Part shown: positions 1 through 11,925 of the stretch, one piece after another
Position numbering within the stretch: the stretch's first letter is position 1
Layout of the letters: each line of letters begins with the position of its first letter
NCBI GenBank assembly: GCA_020891255.1
Contig: BQFW01000004.1
Span: forward strand, 310,001-374,000
DNA from: Entomortierella parvispora E1425
Lineage: Eukaryota > Fungi > Mortierellomycota
Reading direction: 5' to 3'
DNA: 64,000 nucleotides
Translations under genes and position numbers: made by a program
The notes under the pieces: model-generated
What the model saw: only the letters and a program-made list of their open reading frames with translations
Told to the model about the DNA's origin: nothing
The model's database searches: none

Positions 1-220
1 AGTCTTCTTCATATCATTCTCTTTATTCAATTCTTTCATTTGTTTTTTGTCATATACAAAGGAAGTCGACGCCCAGCATCCACTTCTTTTAAGACACCTC
101 ATTTTTTTTTCTTGGTCATACAAGGAGACCCCTTTCCATCCTGTGGGAAGGGGGGAAGAGCATTGATTAACTTGACTTTTTTTGGGTGAGGAAACCAAAG
201 AGGGGAGCCACTCTCACATC

Positions 221-1567
221 TTAGTACTTGAGAGGAGCGATTCCGATGGAAGGAGAGTCGGTCTGGGAGAAGACACAGTAGTTGTTCTTGATGAAGACAT
301 CACCCAAGATCCAGAGATCCTGACCTCCCTGGACACCTGAGACACAGTTACCGGAACCATCACCGAGGTCCTCGTAGGCGAGATCGGCCAAGGGGACGTT
401 GAAGTCGGTGCCTCCAAGCTTGAAGGAAATGTTGTCGGTGCTGTTCTTGAGAGTGCAAGGGACGAGCCATCCGTTGTTGGGGTCGTTGGTGGAGCCCTGG
501 ATGGTGGCGTGGATGGCCTTGGCAGCGGCATCGCTGACGATGACCAAGGTCGTACCAGTGTCAACAATACCCTGGGAGGACTCTCCCAAGTCCTTGCCGC
601 CAGCAGTGACGCCATCAATGGCGATCTGCCAGTAACCGGGCTGGGAGACGGGGACGTAGGTCAAGTCACCAGTGTACTTGGAGGTATCAATGTCACCAAA
701 GAGGTACTCGCCTCCAGTTCCACCGTTGCGGCGGACTGAGGGCAAGAAGACTGAGACCACGGGCTTGGTGAGGACGCCAGCAGCGATGGCGTTGTCCATG
801 AAGGTCTTGACACCAGAGACAGACTCGATCGAGTCAAAGGCCAAACCAAAGAGACCGTCCGAGGGGCCAGAGCCGAACTGGGAGGACTCGTCAGTGGCCA
901 AACCAATGGTCTGCTGGACAGAGACGCCTCCGACGCTCACAACATCGGATCCCAAGATACCGGAGGCAGTCGATCCATCACCGTAGGAGATGTTCCAGGA
1001 GCGACCGTCCTTCTTGAAGGTCGAGGACTTGCTCGAGTCGAATTGGGTGTGCTTCTTGCAGGCATCGGTGGTGCAGTCAGAGGAGGGGAACCAGATGTCG
1101 GAAGAGCCCTGTTAAAAAGAAAAAAGAGAAAAAAAAAAATAGTTCGATGAGTGATTCAGATCGGGGGGAGCGTGCACCGATCGACGGGGACATTGGACAA
1201 ATTTCATTTCCGGGGCAATGAAGGATTGAAACAAGGGGATCATTACAGTGTCAAAGTCCAACTTGACATCCTGGGCGGGAGTTCCGATCGAGACAGTTCC
1301 GTAGTACTCGAGATCGGTGGGGGCATCTGTCAATGGGACAGAGCCAGAGCCAGAGGCCAAGATGTTGATACCAGGGTAGCGCTTGTTAAGCTTGGCCATC
1401 TGAGCCTTGGTGTTGTGCTTGAAGTGGGGGTTGCGAGTCAAGGGGATTGAGTGACCCTTGTGGGCAACAGAGTGACCGACACCGCCGTGGGGGCGACGGT
1501 TGATGGGCGAGGCATCGGTGATGGCCAAGACAGCTGCGGCCAAGGAAACGAGGGCTGTGATCTTCAT
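221..1567 (-). CDS. Secreted pepsin-family (A1, rhizopuspepsin-like) aspartic protease, copy 1; join(221..1108,1247..1567), 402 aa
   Basis: Signal peptide MKITALVSLAAAVLAITDA. Catalytic motifs DFDT|GSS (split by a 138-nt GT-AG intron at 1109-1246) and IVDTGTT, plus YYG, YGDG flap and WILGD. The spliced length of 1209 nt is in frame. Confidence 0.96.
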
Positions 1568-1662
1568 GATGGAAGAGAGGTGGTTGTTGTTGAGAGGGAG
1601 GATGAGGTGGAGAGGAGGAGGAGGAGGATGATGGAGAAAAAAAAGGGTGCAGATGTGCTTGC

Positions 1663-1669
1663 TTTTATA
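1663..1669 (-). promoter_or_regulatory. TATA box (TATAAAA) of protease copy 1
   Basis: TATAAAA on the minus strand ~96 nt upstream of the ATG. The same element sits 89-101 nt upstream of all five paralogues. Confidence 0.7.
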
Positions 1670-3536
1670 GTGGTGAGAACGTGGTTGCCGTTGACAACTC
1701 CAGGGTTTGAGTGAATATTTCATCGTTGAAGCGCACCAAGGGTGATCTAGTGCGGGAACGAGGGAAAGGTGAGTTGGAGATAGAGTCATCTTCCCCTAGT
1801 TCGCAATTGCCCAAGCCTAATGCAATGAGGGGCGACCATTGGTGCCAGGCTATTTCTCTCTATCACTCTCTCTATGACTCTTTCTGCCCTTCGCCCTTGT
1901 CTACAGTCCGTCTTCTCTCAGGGGTGGATATGTCGAGAAAGTACATGTGGACACCATCGTCAATTACTATTACCATAGTCAGCCCTGGGGCTGAGAGCAG
2001 ATGTCATTCCTTGAGTCCTAAAGAAGAGCACAGGTGTGTACTCCAGCTGGACCCCCGGCGAGGTTCGATGAGAGCAAATAGCAATTGCGTGGTCATTTGG
2101 ACACCGACGCTGGGCTATGGAAATTGCTAGCAAGTCCGTTGCCGAGGGAAAGCAGACTAGGGTCTATCACATATAAACTGTAATTTACCGACTCGTGACG
2201 CTAGCCCGGTTTGTCTTTGCTCGTTCTATTGCTGGCATCATCGCCTCACAGCTGTATCCACTGACTAGCCTTGAGAAATACCTCTTCTGCATGCAGGGCA
2301 AAGAAGGGAGGAAAAGCGTAGCCAACCCTGTCTCGACTTTCAAAAGAAGGCTTCTGCATGTGAACAAATGAGTTTTCAACCACCAATGGGAAGGACGCCG
2401 AACATGACTATCTTTCACACCGCGACAAGTGCCACGCTTGTCCCTGAGACCCTCTTCTCTTTTCTACGCCTTTGTACTGTATGCATACCAAGCCCCACAC
2501 GGCACCAATTTAGACGGGGACCTGCATGCCGTTGGCGCTTGGAGTGAATTGATCGAGTTGACTAATAATGGCTGTCAATGAACTAAAGCAAGGGGGAAGA
2601 GGGCTTGTGCCTGAACTAATCGTCTTTCCAATGAGAATCATTCCTCCATGGGCGTTTTTTCTCAGGCTGGGGGTTACCTTCTCGACAATAGAGACACCTC
2701 TCCCCACAGTCGCTGCCAATATTTTTTTTTCTCGGAAAGAGATGTTCTCACCAAGGATAGATTTTTGAGTTAGCCAGGGTCCTTGCTCTGTTTGTTTGTT
2801 TCTGTCCATTATACTACCTTCGATGGGAGTGAGCCCTCTGAGTTGTTCGCATCACAACAACCTCAAACAGCTGTCTTTGTCGTCATGTCAATCTCTGTCG
2901 GTGTTTCGCCCACGAGCAACCTTCTACCCTTTCTTTGTTTGAGAGCAGGGTGACAAAGGGCACGAGAAAATAGAGTAATAAACACACATGCGCCCCCAAT
3001 TGCGCCTTTTTGTCTCGGTGGTTGGGCTGGATCTGCTCATGAGAAACAAAAAATACTTAGCTCGATTACAGAAGAGTTGTGTATCTCTTCGTTCATAAGG
3101 GCTAGCTGGAACCAATCTGCAGAGTTGTATATGGGTCAGGGATTGAGTGTGTTGCTGTTGCGCATCATAAGGACAGGACACAGTAACTCTCCCAATTTAC
3201 CATTTCAGACGGTGCAGCTTACCACAAGGCCATTGGGAGAAACGCCGAACAACCTTCAAATCGTTCAAGGCGATGAGCACACGGTTTTTTTTTTGCCTCC
3301 AAGGGTTGTTTTTTCTAACTAAACATCCAAAGTTAGATCCGTCTAGGGTACCACTGCTCTAGGGCAAGCGCTGTAACCACACTGTGGCTTCCTACATTTC
3401 ACTACACCATGAAAAAGACGCGTCTGTCCCTTTGCGCCTAGTCTGGAGCGGCGTCTGTCTGTTTATTGTTTTACAATGGGAGACGTTGACAACTTGATGT
3501 AATGAAGACAAAGAGAACGTGGGATGAAGTCGCCTT

Positions 3537-4262
3537 TCATGGCCATGGCCACCAGTCCAAGTGGTATATATGAACGGTCCAGAACAACCGGTTGGTCTGG
3601 TGGACAGACAAGCCATCGACCAGGGCCCCCAACACTGCCAAGGCTTCCGGGTCTTGTTCGATCGCCTGTCCCTCCAATGTCACAGTTCTGAGCGTGCTTT
3701 GATGCCACCTCAACGGCCAGTGCAACGTTTCGGGGGTCACATGCCGGCAGTCCTGCAGTCTCAAGTGGATGAGCTGGGGGATCGACGTCAACAAACGACC
3801 AAGAGACGCAGCATCTAGATCACATCGCCTCAAATAGATCATCCGAATGGTTCGACGGTACATCCCAATTGCGAATCCAGCTTGAAAAATTCCCCAAGAA
3901 GACAAGCCCCATGGGAGGCTGACACATCGGATTTCATGGGGCCAGTCCCGAAGTATAGCAGCAATATCAATCCCACTTTCAGTTGCTTGGAATTCATGAG
4001 TCAGGACAGTGACAGAAGGCGATGCCCTATAAAAGTAAGGCAGTGTGTTACCAACAATGCTGTGATGGGGCGGGAGGGGCATCGGCGCGTCAACGATCTC
4101 GTCGCTCGAGTCAAAGGCGTAGTCGTCATCACTGCTGCCGTCATCATCATCACCATCATCACTTTCGTCGTCGAGACGGTCATTGTTGGTGTCATTTTCA
4201 GGGGGGTGAGAAGGTTGAGAAGGGGTTTGACCGTTGAGGGTGTTGCTGGTGGAGACCGGCAT
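3537..4262 (-). CDS. Small intronless protein, 241 aa, with acidic N-terminal tract and RNI-like leucine-rich repeats
   Basis: ATG-to-TGA ORF. Poly-Asp tract followed by LxxLxLxxC-type repeats (IRMIYLRRCDL, QLIHLRLQDCRHVT, TLRTVTLEG). TATAAAA at 4364-4370. Confidence 0.65.
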   Translation of the reverse strand: MPVSTSNTLNGQTPSQPSHPPENDTNNDRLDDESDDGDDDDGSSDDDYAFDSSDEIVDAPMPLPPHHSIVGNTLPYFYRASPSVTVLTHEFQATESGIDIAAILRDWPHEIRCVSLPWGLSSWGIFQAGFAIGMYRRTIRMIYLRRCDLDAASLGRLLTSIPQLIHLRLQDCRHVTPETLHWPLRWHQSTLRTVTLEGQAIEQDPEALAVLGALVDGLSVHQTNRLFWTVHIYHLDWWPWP

Positions 4263-4785
4263 GCTGATCAGATAGTTGCGTGTTTGACGAACGAAAGAAA
4301 GGAAGAGACTGATTGCACATCAACAGGGCGACAAAAATGAAATAAAAAAGGCACGTTTGCTGGTTTTATATCCCTAGGACCGGCCCCGGCATCCTCATTG
4401 CCATATTGTCGACAACTGGCTGCATTAAATGGCTTGATAGGGCTTAAAAGGGGCCTTTGTCGCCCGTCGCGCCCAGGAACCATTGTTGGACAAAGAACAA
4501 AAAAAAAAAAAAAAAAAAAAAAAAATCAACCAAGCCACACTCCAGGCACACAAAAAATCTGGTCTCTTCCTGGCCCTGGAATGCTTCCTTGCCTTTTCGC
4601 AGGCATCAGGGTGATCTTCAAAACGCACTTGTCTACAATTCTCATACCAAAACTCGATCTGTTTTGTGTTTTATTCTTTCACCTAAATACATGGCAGGCG
4701 TGTCCCGCACGCTAGATATCCGCCGGTCCCTCTCTTCCCTGTGGCCCTCAAGACAAACAAAAAGAGGAACGATGAAAGCACCCAC

Positions 4786-5964
4786 TTAATGTTTGAGGGG
4801 AGCTATTCCGATGGAGGGAGACGAAGTCTGGGAGAAGACACAGTAGTTGTTCTTGATAAAGACATCTCCCAAGATCCAAAGACCATCTTGACCGCCCTGA
4901 ACTCCCGAGACACAGTTGCCCGAACCATCCCCGACATCTTCATAGGCCAAGTCTGCAACGGCGACGTTGAAAGTGCTACCGCCCATGGAAAAACCAATGG
5001 TGTCAGTGCTGGACTTGATCGAGCACGGCACCAACCAACCGTTGTTGGGGTCATTGGTCGAGCCAGAGATCTTGCCGTGAATGGCCTGAGCGGCGGCATC
5101 GCCGACAATGATCAAGGTCGTACCTGTGTCGACAATACCCTCCGAGGACTGTCCCAAAGACTGACCATTATAAACGGCATCAGCAATCGAGATCTGCCAG
5201 TAACCTTCTTGCGAGACGGGGACATAGGTCAAAGAACCCGTGTACTTTGCGTTGTCGATACCGCCAAAGACGTAAGCACCGTCCTGGCCGTTGAACAAGC
5301 GCTCAGAGGGCAAGAAGACTGAAACCACGGGCTGGGCCAAAACTCCGGCCGCAATAGCATTGTCCAAGAAGGTCGAAACACCTGAGACAGACTCAATCGA
5401 GCTGAATCCAAGACCGAAAAGACCGTCTTCGGGAGACGAGCCAAACTGAGAGGATTCGGCCGTGGCCAAGCCAATGGTCTGGCGGACCTTGATGCCGCCT
5501 ACAGACACCATGTCAGAGCCGAGGATACCCGAGGCAGTCGATCCATCACCGTAACCAATGTTCCAGGAGCGACCGTCCTTCTTGTAGGTCGAGGACTTGG
5601 CCGAGTTGAAACGAGTGTGGGCCTTGCAAGCGCTGGTGGTGCAAGTGCTGGAAGGGAACCAAATGTCGGATGAACCAGTGTCAAAGTCCAACTTGAAGTT
5701 TTGGGCAGGGGTTCCAACAGCGACGGTACCGTAGTACTCGAGATCAGGGCTGACGTCGGTCAGAGGAACATTTCCGGTCGAGCCAGAGAGAATCTTGAGG
5801 CCTGGGTAGCGATGGTTGAGCTTGGCAATCTGGGCCTTGGTGTTGTGCTTGAAGTGGGGGTTGCGGGTCAGAGGGACAGCATGGCCAGGATGGCTCTTCA
5901 CTGGCGACGCTTCAGCGAAAGCAAGGACCGCGGCGGCCAAGGAGACGAGGGCGAAGATCTTCAT
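4786..5964 (-). CDS. Secreted aspartic protease, copy 2 (392 aa, intronless)
   Basis: Start MKIFALVSLAAAVLAFAEA at 5964; the ORF-track extension to 6030 is 5-prime UTR. Both DTG motifs intact. TATA at 6054-6060. Confidence 0.97.
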   Translation of the reverse strand: MKIFALVSLAAAVLAFAEASPVKSHPGHAVPLTRNPHFKHNTKAQIAKLNHRYPGLKILSGSTGNVPLTDVSPDLEYYGTVAVGTPAQNFKLDFDTGSSDIWFPSSTCTTSACKAHTRFNSAKSSTYKKDGRSWNIGYGDGSTASGILGSDMVSVGGIKVRQTIGLATAESSQFGSSPEDGLFGLGFSSIESVSGVSTFLDNAIAAGVLAQPVVSVFLPSERLFNGQDGAYVFGGIDNAKYTGSLTYVPVSQEGYWQISIADAVYNGQSLGQSSEGIVDTGTTLIIVGDAAAQAIHGKISGSTNDPNNGWLVPCSIKSSTDTIGFSMGGSTFNVAVADLAYEDVGDGSGNCVSGVQGGQDGLWILGDVFIKNNYCVFSQTSSPSIGIAPLKH

Positions 5965-7954
5965 GAGGGGTAAGGATTCTTGAGTGTAAGAGTGAAGGAA
6001 GAGAGAAAGTTGAACTGGATGATGAATCATTTTCCTGTCCAGGTCTTCTATCTTTTTATACCATTTGAACGCCTCGTGGAGAATGACAAATGATGTTCAT
6101 AGCCCTCAGGGGGGTGGACTCGTCAAGACAATACTCCTCTCTGTTCAGAATCTTTGTAGTAAAGGGCACGAGTCAAAGGGCACTCACATTTCAATTGAAT
6201 CTGCCAGCATCCTGTGCCGTGGTCGCCGCAAACATTTGAAAAGCTGCATGCAACAACAAATCATTCTGCATCAGGAAAAGTGATTCCGAGCATGGTGGAC
6301 ATTTCACACGCGTGCGTTCGCGTGGCTCCGCCGCCCTGGGTATAGTAGACCGAACGTGTCCCTTCTTGGTTGATGACTAGAGAGAGAGAGAGAAAAAAAA
6401 ACACCTGTTATTGGTGGAGAGCAGGGACAGTTAGCGCGTGAACCCCTTGCATGAAGCGGGCGAACGCATGCGACTGAAATGCCTTTTTTGAACAAAAAAA
6501 ACAACAATGAGGACGCCTGTTGTTGTTGTTTGGGTGTTGTGCCTTGCGCCTGGGATTGTGGTCTCCTGCGAAGTACATGTACCCACTACAATAGTCTACC
6601 TGATGAATTGATAGACAAAATGATTCTCTGGGATGGGCTCATACCCTTCCATATAGGTCAATCGCTCATATCGTTGAAGGAAAACAAAAAAATGGAAAAG
6701 AGGGAGCCACCTCTCCCGCTCGAGAGTGTATGTCAGGGTCCTGTCACAACCCATGCCACCAGGGAACATTTCTATTCTATCCATTTCCGAGCATTCAGTG
6801 ACATTAACCCCCGGGCGGGCGACATTAAACCCGGGGAGACTCTCCTCTCTCTCCTTCGATACGAAAAATAGGGTACATTGATGAGAACAAGAATGGGTCT
6901 TGACAAAAAAAAAAAAAAAAAAAAAAAAAGACAACGGAGTTGTCGTTGGCCTTGACCAACGAAACTCATCTTTTTCCCACGTCAATAGACCCTGACAACA
7001 GATGCACTGTAGCCATTCATCTACTCTTCACACTTTAAATCGCTCCAGGGGTCCGAGCCGTCAACACTCCTTGGACAGCGGGTCGCATGCTCCCCGACAT
7101 CCAGAATGAGAAAAATAAATAAATAAAAAAGCCCAAAACGAGAGATTTTTTTTTGTACAGATGATGACATCCCAGACACATGCGGATAGTTCATTTTCTA
7201 GTGCGGCGCAAGGTGATGTCCCGGCTCCCGGTTCAGTGTTCATCCCCTTGACGGTTTTGCCTCAGCCCGAGTCCTCGGTCATTCGCTGCTCTCAATTCAC
7301 TTGGGAAAGGGTGACGCCCTCGGTAGAAATCACTCGTATTCATGTCAAGTACCGTTACACAAACCAATGGGCGATGGCGCGATTTCACATCTGACAGACA
7401 GACAACAACAAAAAAGGTCCAGCAGGAAAAGAAATGACCAAAGCGAACCCTGCATGTTGGCAACGTCAACAAGTCAGGCACCAACAAAGGACTGACTGAC
7501 CAATCAAATCCATTGAAATTTTCCCTTCCCGGACAAAACGGCCTTCCCCCCCCTTTGCTCTTTTCGCCGTGAAGTCACCATTTCCACAAGACCACATGGA
7601 TGCCTCAATTGGTTAGCTTCCAACCATCCGTCTTTTTGTTCCTGAATGACACCCTATCTCTCGCTCTCTCGCTCTCTTCTCCACGCGCTGATCGCCCAAT
7701 ACCACTTTGCTTAGGAAAGAAGAGGGAAAGCCGTTAAAGATCAACGCGTCCACTTCTGGTTTTTCATCATACAACAAGAACCCCATTTGAAATCAACAGT
7801 TTTTTTTAACTAGGATTAGATTTTTTAATTAATTACATATGTACAGACAGGAAGAAGAGGCAGCAACGTCAAGAAGCCTAGACAAAGCGCCATCCATTAG
7901 ATAACTTGGTATTTAGATTTCACTCATGGAAGAGCGAAGCGGGTTTGCTCCTTT

Positions 7955-9163
7955 TTAGTACTTGGAGGGAGCAATTCCGATGCGGGCCTGACCCTTGTCA
8001 AAGACGCAGTAGTTGTTCTTGATGAAGATATCACCCAAGATCCAGGGGTTACCATCAGCCCAGTTCATGCCTCCCTGGATACCAGAGTAGCAGTTGCCGG
8101 TGCCATCGTTCAGAGGGTTCCAGGCGACATCAGCCATGGGAACGTTGAAGACAGTGCCGCCGAGAGAGAATCCAACGTTGCCGGTGGTGGACGAGCAAGG
8201 AACAGAGTAGTAAGCAGCGTTCTGACCCTGGGCAGGGTGGTAGACAGCGCCAGGAATCTGCTTGTGAACGGCAGCGGCGGCATCGTCAGAGAGGAGGACC
8301 AAGGTCGTACCGGTGTCAACAATACCCTCCTGGTTGAATCCAAGAGACTTGCCGTTGACAAGGACATCGTCCATGGGAATTTGCCACCATCCCTGGGTAT
8401 CGACATTGATGTAAGTCAAGTCACCAGTGTACTTTGAGCTATCGATACCTCCAAAGAGGTACTGACCACCCACACCGCCGTTGCGACGGACCGAGGGCAA
8501 AAAGACAGAGACCACGGGCTGGGCCAAAGCTCCGGTAGCAATGGCATTGTCCATGAAGGTGGTCACACCAGCGACAGACTCGATCTGGGCAAAGGCCAAA
8601 CCAAAGAGACCATCTTCTGGGGAGGTGCTGAAAGCAGCCGACTCCTGGGTAGCCAAACCAATGGTCTGGCGGACAGAGATACCTCCGACATTGACCATAT
8701 CAGAGCCGAGGATACCGGAAGCAGTGGACTCATCACCGTACTTGATCTTCCAGGTGCGACCGTCCTTCTTGTAGGTCGAGGACTTGGCCGAGTTGAAGCG
8801 AGTGTGCTTCTTGCAGGCAGAGGTGGTGCAGGTGCTGGAGGGGAACCAGATATCGGACGAACCAGTGTCAAAGTCCAACCTGAACTTTTGGGCGGGGGTG
8901 CCGACAGAGACAGTACCGTAGTACTCAGAGTCAGCTCCAGAATCGGTAAGACCCACAGTGCCAGTGGTACCAGCAGCGCGGACACGAGCACCGGAGCGGT
9001 TGTAACGGTTGTACATCTTGTTCATCTGGGCGAAAATGTCGGGCTTGTGGTTGTCCTTGCGAGTCAAGTTGACAGCAAAGCCGGGGTGCTCCTTCTTGAT
9101 GGGGGAGGCTTCAGCGAGGACCATGACCGCAGCGGCCAAGGAGACAAGGGCAGTGAACTTCAT
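7955..9163 (-). CDS. Secreted aspartic protease, copy 3 (402 aa, intronless, most divergent)
   Basis: Signal peptide, DFDTGSS and IVDTGTT intact. TATA at 9264-9270. Confidence 0.97.
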   Translation of the reverse strand: MKFTALVSLAAAVMVLAEASPIKKEHPGFAVNLTRKDNHKPDIFAQMNKMYNRYNRSGARVRAAGTTGTVGLTDSGADSEYYGTVSVGTPAQKFRLDFDTGSSDIWFPSSTCTTSACKKHTRFNSAKSSTYKKDGRTWKIKYGDESTASGILGSDMVNVGGISVRQTIGLATQESAAFSTSPEDGLFGLAFAQIESVAGVTTFMDNAIATGALAQPVVSVFLPSVRRNGGVGGQYLFGGIDSSKYTGDLTYINVDTQGWWQIPMDDVLVNGKSLGFNQEGIVDTGTTLVLLSDDAAAAVHKQIPGAVYHPAQGQNAAYYSVPCSSTTGNVGFSLGGTVFNVPMADVAWNPLNDGTGNCYSGIQGGMNWADGNPWILGDIFIKNNYCVFDKGQARIGIAPSKY

Positions 9164-11925
9164 GGTTGAAGGTGTTTGTTGTGGAGGGTGGGAGAGATGA
9201 AGAGGAGATGGAGGACGAAGGAGAGGATGATGAACAAAAAAAAAGTAGGGGTGAGCGAGTGTCTTTTATATCCTCGAGAGGGCAAAGGTTCTGGTCTGCT
9301 CGGCGTCATTGAGGGCGCTTAACAACAAGTCCAAGGATGTGTCATTGTAAAAGAGTTTTCTTCGATAAGGGTTTCTACGACCATCCCAGGAGTCTTTTGC
9401 GCGTGTTTTTTTTTTTTGCTTTTATTTTTGTTTCCCAGGATCAACTCAATGCACCAATCTGACAAAGGACAACGAGTGAATGAGCCCTCAGAAATCAATA
9501 CGGATGTCGCGTCCGAAAAGGGTTTTCAGGGTCGAGTGGGCGCTGAGAAAAGTTAGAGTTGCGTAGCCAACCTCTTGGCGTGATCATTTTCAAGAGCGCT
9601 TTTGGCCGCTCGTCCTATCCGATGGCATCTTTTCCCGGGAGCGGACCTCTGGACAGCAACAGCCTCGAGGAGGGGCCTGAATCATTGGATCGACGCAGGC
9701 CAAATGGGCTTTTTCAGCCTTCCTTTAAAGTTCCGCCATGAATCCCTGGCCGAAAAAGGCGACCGCCCTAACTTTCATACCGACAACAATGGAAAACAAT
9801 GGCAAGGCTTCTCTCTCACGCATACTATTCAACATGTATATGACAAATCCGGAGACAGATATCCCGCCCTTTGCCTTATTGCACAGTCAAAGAGCTTGCA
9901 ACCATGGCCGAGTTCAGGGAAATGGTGGGGAACCTTAACACCCTCTGCTGTTTTTCCTTGCTCTCTGTTGATCTCGCCTGCCAACAAAGCGTTGCAAAAC
10001 ATGAAAACAAAAACACAAAACGTTGACAATCAGCTCCGGATCTGTTCAGTTTATTCGGCTTTCTCCTGAAAGTCTAGGAGAATTGGCAAGTTGTAGAAAA
10101 GTGCTCTAATCTGCCTATGGCTCTAGCTCAGTGTTTCATTAGATCGGGTTCCTGAGCAAGCAACAACAAAGATGCCGTGTCTCTGGTACAAAGGAAGCAG
10201 TGAAACGGCGCAGTTACTCGAGAGGAGAGGGGGAAGAAGAATACATCCGACCGTTTTCAGTCGTTGGTGGTAAGAATGTTGGCGGTAAGAATGTTGGCGT
10301 GCACAAGAGAGACTGCCAAAAGGTGCTTACAATTACCGGGCGTGCCTGATTACACTATGTTTTCCAGACCCCTCGGACTCGCTTTTGCGCTCGGCTGTCA
10401 CCTGTAGTGTCGTTGTACCGAGGCTGATCAAGGCCCCATCGTCAAGTGGTGTAATCGCCCATTTGAGGATGGGTTCACAAGAATGATGGGTGCGGCTGGG
10501 GTTGGGCCGGCTAACTCAATTGAAACAACAAAACAGCGATTGAAATTCAGGCACAAGGACCATCGAGGGGCTGGAGGAGCGAGGCTCGGCTGTGCAGAGT
10601 CATAGTCAGGTGGACATGAAGGGGGATTTCTTTCCCAAGAGCAACAAAACACACCACTGGGACTCCAGAAGGCGAAACGGGCGAAACGGGTGAAGTGAGA
10701 TGAGAGCCCTCTCTCATTTCGGGCAACTGTGTGTTCACCCATCCATCCCCTGGGTTACCTGCTCCAACTGCCTGGGAAGGCCAATCTTCCCATGAGAGCA
10801 CTTTTAGCTTGCGTGTGATGGTGCAAACTCTGTCGACCTTGACGCTGATTGGACCCCGACCTTTCTCAGGGTCTACATCATCTTTGTCGGTCTTTGTCAG
10901 TCATCCCTGCCCTGACTGGTCCGCTATTTATGAGCTCTTTTTTCCCTCAAACACCGCCCAGTGCGACTCTTGGCGAGGCAGCACGCGAGCATGCCGATAC
11001 TGTGAGAGATAACCTGATAACATCCTCACCTCGGTTTTGACGGGCTCGTCTCGTTACTTTGAGTAATCAATCCTATTTTTTCAAACACAATGGTCCTGCG
11101 GCACGGGTGACAAAACAAATCCCGGGCCCAAGACACAAAACGAAAACAAAAAGTCACAGGTCCGCCATCTTCGCAACCACCCATTCTCGAGCTTTGGTGC
11201 GAGCATGCTACGGCCAGGCAAGCTCTCCAACAGTGGGAATGGCAAACTCCAAGATCAAACGCTGCGGCTCCAATAGAGCTTGCTAGGCTGTCCACTTTAG
11301 GATTGGCGCTTGTTGGATAATAAAAGCTAGAGTGATTTTGAAGTTTTCGTGACGAACAGGGAGATTGCTAACCAAAAATTGAGCCCCATTCCTCTCTCTC
11401 AAGGGCAAAGTTCAGTAGGTGGAGGTGTGGAAGGCACCTTTCAACTGGATGAGGCAGATAATGTTCATGATTGGAACAATGGCAACGATGAATATCAAAG
11501 TAAAAGAAAATTATCGAGACCGTTTTTTTTTTTTTGGTGGATTGTTCCAGGGACCAACGTTCCCATGGAAATGTGAAGGTTTACAAGTGATGTGAGCAAT
11601 CCCACGAGGTGGTCCCCTTCGTAAAAATACGGACAGACTACTGCACCAACATCAACTGTCTTGGGAGGTTCAGGTCTAGACGCCCACAAAAAAAAGCACG
11701 GTTGAATGTTGACCGGCCTCATATATTCGAGCAATTGCGACCCGAACTTGTTCACGAAAACCCAAAGGGATGTTCGCGTTATGTAGCCCTCTTTCTGGTC
11801 TCTAGTTTTGTCTAGCCGTCAGATCGACCCACAGAACGCAAAAACGCAAAAGTCTTTGAGAGCGAACTCCACCATGTTTATTTTAGCTGTTTTTCGCATC
11901 AGAAGTATCAAAAAAAGTCATTATT

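Noticed and set aside
10269-10298. Short tandem duplications (15 bp here; also 10671, 19581, 20442)
   Set aside because: Two-unit local slippage with no spacers or array structure, so not CRISPR-like.
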